Shown here: in pieces, positions 61,180 to 64,000 of the stretch
How positions within the stretch are numbered: the first letter of the stretch is position 1
Layout: each line of letters begins with the position of its first letter
Origin: Pirellulales bacterium
Lineage (GTDB): Bacteria; Planctomycetota; Planctomycetia; Pirellulales; PALSA-1355
Assembly: GCA_963733035.1 (NCBI GenBank)
Contig: CAVTBU010000005.1
Location: forward strand, 2,784,001 to 2,848,000
Reading direction: 5' to 3'
Length of the DNA: 64,000 nt
Notes under the pieces: model-generated
Told to the model about the DNA's origin: nothing
The model's input: only the letters and a program-made list of their open reading frames with translations
The model's database searches: none
Translations under genes and position numbers: made by a program

Positions 61180-63564
61180 TTAGTTCAGCAGATCGGAGGG
61201 CGAAGTCGCCAAAGCGGCGAACGGCGAAGTGGAGTCCGACTTGGCCGTGGTGGAAAGCTGGTTCGCCGTTTCGACCGCGAAGTTCACGAGGTCGAGCGCA
61301 GGGTCTTCCGTTGGATCCGCGACCATCGCGGCATCGACGGCCATCGGGGACGCCTGAGGCGCGGCCACGGCGAGCTGGGAAACGGCCAGGGGACTAGCCG
61401 TAATCGCCGTAGGCGTCGCCGCCGCAAAGTAGGACGACAGGAACATTCGTAGCGACAGGACGGTAGGGCTTGACGACGGGACCGAAGGCGAGCTCGTAGA
61501 CCCACTGGTGATCAGATTTGAGGATATCAGCGACCGCTGCGAGGCTGCTTCCGTCGGATTGTTTTCCCAGCCGCCCAGCTTGATCGTAGCGTTGGTGAAC
61601 GTGCCGACGCCGATGTCGGATGCCTGTCCGGCCTGGTCGTCGAACGGGAAGCCGTAGTTCAAGCCGTCGATGCTGACATCGCTTTTGTGCAGGAATTGGG
61701 CGTAACGGTTCCAGACCTGGCCATCGGTGTTGTTTTGATAATAGAGACTGGTGTCTTTCCAGGAATTGGTCGGGTCGGTCGTGCTGCCGGAGTAACCTGG
61801 CAGCAAGGCGACGCCTCGATTGAGGGCGGAAACCATCTGATTCTCAAGGTCTGCCAGGACCTTCAACTGGTCGGCGGAATAGCCGGCCGGCCGGTACTTC
61901 TGATCGGCGAAGACGCCGTTGCAGGCAAAAACCATTTCCGAAGGGGACAGCGCGCCGACGTTCGCGCCCGCCTCCCAGGTGGGAGGACTGGTCACGGTTA
62001 GCTTGGGCGTGTAGCCGCCCCAGTAGTAGCGGTTGATTTCGAAGAACGGATAGTAGACGTCGTAGGAAACGCCGCCTGGATCGCCCTGCGCGGTGAACCG
62101 CATGACGTACGCGCCGTTGGTGTCGGTGGTGACCGTGCCCTCGTAAACGGTTCCCGTGCCGTCGGCATTCGAGTAGACCTCGAGTCGATTCGTGCCTGTG
62201 GCGTCCTTGTATTTGGTGAACAGATTGTCGATGGCTTCGTTGAAATTGCTATTGAGCGCAAGATTGGTCACGGAATCGTAGAACACGATTGCGTCCTGCA
62301 CGTGGAACGAGGCGGATGAACCGTCCTGCGCGCGCAAGACATTCCAGGTGGTGGTGCCATCGTGGTTTACGCTCTTCACGCCGGTGACGGTCATGATTTC
62401 CGAGCCGACACGGATGCGGAAGGGGTCTGTGGTCGTGGGCTTGGGCGGAAAGCCGACGGTGTTCTGCACCGTGAGCGTGGTTTGCGAGGCTGTTACGGCG
62501 GGTCCCGCCGTGCTGATCGAGGCACCGTTGACGTGCGGGGCGGCCGATGTTCCATCGACACCCCGCGTGACGGTCCACATGCTCGTGCCGTCATCCAGCT
62601 TCGTGGCCCCGGTGACCGTCATGATTTCCTTGAAGATCCGGATCTTGAACGGATACGCATCGGGAAATGCGCCGGCCGAATAGACGTGGAGTTTGGTCGC
62701 CGTCGCGTCGACGGCCCCCAGGAGCGTCGTCTCGGCATCCACCTTGTTCGTGGCGGACGCGGCCTGAGACAGCACGCCGCTGGGATTGAGAATGCGGTAA
62801 GGACCGTAGTTCGGGTCGGAGGTCGGCCAAATGCAGACCGCGTAGGGATCATTCGCGGCGCTGGTGAAATCCTGGTATTTCTGGATCACCTCGCTGCGGA
62901 GGATGCTGATGCCAACGCCTTCTGGCGGCGTGGGATCGGTTGAATCGACCGTTACCTTGATGGGCACACCGAACTGATCCACGTTCGTGGTATCGATATT
63001 CAGGTTGCCCGTGGGATTATCTGGCGCGTTGAGGCTGAACTCGACAAAGTCGAAGAAGTTCTTGCCCGGCAGCGGCCCGTTGACGCTGCCGTCCGCATTG
63101 ACCGTCAGGTTCAGCGGGGGGGCATTCATCGACGGCGTGTGCAACGAGAAATACATGCGGGCCGAGTCGAGCCCAAAGGACGAACTGCCGAGCGTCTGAG
63201 GCAGATTGATGACGTGCGTGTGGCTGCCTGTCGTCGTCAGATCGTACAAGCGGAACGTGGGAATGATTCGTTGATTGTCGGCATTGAGCGGAATGGACGT
63301 CGTCAGATGCGCGGTGCCACTCGCGTCGAAATAGTAGTATTGCTTGTCGGTGTAATCCTGCGCGTACAAGGCGATGTCGATCTGCGTATCGAGGAACGCG
63401 AGATGTCCGGCCGCATCGACCGTCGTGTTGTTGATGATCGTGAAGGGCGACGTGGTGAATACTTCGCGGCTTTCAAGCGTCTCGAATTGAAGTCGTCGCC
63501 CGTTCCTCCTGAGCGAGGAGTTTGCCGGCCGAGACAGTCTAAATGCTTGGTGCAACAGGGGCAT
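61180..63564 (-). CDS. Extracellular GH64-like beta-1,3-glucanase with inserted tandem module and Ser/Ala/Pro-rich tail
   Basis: RRLQFETLESREVF export motif; DFVEF, DTTNVDQFGVP, ALNRG, NRYAQFLH..SIDGLNYGFPFDD; GGAG RBS. Confidence 0.8.
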   Translation of the reverse strand: MPLLHQAFRLSRPANSSLRRNGRRLQFETLESREVFTTSPFTIINNTTVDAAGHLAFLDTQIDIALYAQDYTDKQYYYFDASGTAHLTTSIPLNADNQRIIPTFRLYDLTTTGSHTHVINLPQTLGSSSFGLDSARMYFSLHTPSMNAPPLNLTVNADGSVNGPLPGKNFFDFVEFSLNAPDNPTGNLNIDTTNVDQFGVPIKVTVDSTDPTPPEGVGISILRSEVIQKYQDFTSAANDPYAVCIWPTSDPNYGPYRILNPSGVLSQAASATNKVDAETTLLGAVDATATKLHVYSAGAFPDAYPFKIRIFKEIMTVTGATKLDDGTSMWTVTRGVDGTSAAPHVNGASISTAGPAVTASQTTLTVQNTVGFPPKPTTTDPFRIRVGSEIMTVTGVKSVNHDGTTTWNVLRAQDGSSASFHVQDAIVFYDSVTNLALNSNFNEAIDNLFTKYKDATGTNRLEVYSNADGTGTVYEGTVTTDTNGAYVMRFTAQGDPGGVSYDVYYPFFEINRYYWGGYTPKLTVTSPPTWEAGANVGALSPSEMVFACNGVFADQKYRPAGYSADQLKVLADLENQMVSALNRGVALLPGYSGSTTDPTNSWKDTSLYYQNNTDGQVWNRYAQFLHKSDVSIDGLNYGFPFDDQAGQASDIGVGTFTNATIKLGGWENNPTEAASQRSLISSNLITSGSTSSPSVPSSSPTVLSLRMFLSSYFAAATPTAITASPLAVSQLAVAAPQASPMAVDAAMVADPTEDPALDLVNFAVETANQLSTTAKSDSTSPFAALATSPSDLLN

Positions 63565-64000
63565 CGAAGTTATCTCCAACAAGCGTTGCCTGGTCGCTCG
63601 CCGTGACGACGTTGCATCCAGCCGGCACGTTGCGACGGGAATCGTCACCAGGTGACCGAGGGTTCGGTGGCCGCTGCTGGCGGCGGGGGCGGGGGTGGTG
63701 ATGTAGGGCTTGGCGGGAAAATGCTCGTTATTCGATTTATCGGATGCATCCCCCCCGCGGCGAGACTTAATCCGACCGAAGCACCCCAAGTCAATGTGCA
63801 AGCAGACCGTTCATCGCGCGGCCGAGACCGTGCTAGCTTCCGATCGCCTTGCACTGACGTTTCGCCGAGCCGCACTGTATATCGACGGTCGCGAAGTGCG
63901 GCGGCCGTTCGGCGCACGCGGCGCGCCATTGCAAACGGGTTTGACGCGAGACGCGATATGCGCAGACGGTTGCCGCAGGGAAATGTGGCGGCGTCTTCGA

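Noticed and set aside
63925..63980. GCAAAC..GACGC..GGTTGCC resembling a c-di-GMP-I riboswitch
   Set aside because: Lacks the GNRA-capped stem and the GCAAAGC/CTAA receptor elements
1..64000. CRISPR array, prophage, retron, defence system, rRNA
   Set aside because: No regularly spaced repeats, cas genes, reverse transcriptase, phage structural genes or rRNA-like sequence recognised

Overview
GC-rich bacterial window, most likely Planctomycetota (Pirellulales-like). This is inferred from DUF1501, DUF1559, three PEP-CTERM proteins, an ECF sigma plus Ser/Thr kinase-WD40 pair and a planctomycete 'FETLESR' export signal. It holds about 55 CDS and one tRNA-His(GUG). Recognisable functions include NAD salvage (pncA-pncB, a CinA-fold/nucleotidyltransferase fusion), acyl-CoA catabolism (CoA transferase, CoA ligase, thiolase, a badH-badI pair), several hydrolases and oxidoreductases, and a RAYT transposase with a perfect REP doublet. 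Eight small frameshifts in seven otherwise intact genes point to assembly indel errors. The main unexplained signal is a 202-bp gap-free intergenic element present twice in opposite orientation about 29 kb apart (183/202 identical), with internal hairpins and no terminal inverted repeats. Other candidate uncharacterised systems are a coiled-coil/FHA/membrane kinase/membrane protein operon, a four-gene secreted cluster, and a GH64 glucanase with a tandem inserted module. All family calls come from motif recognition by eye; no database searches were run.
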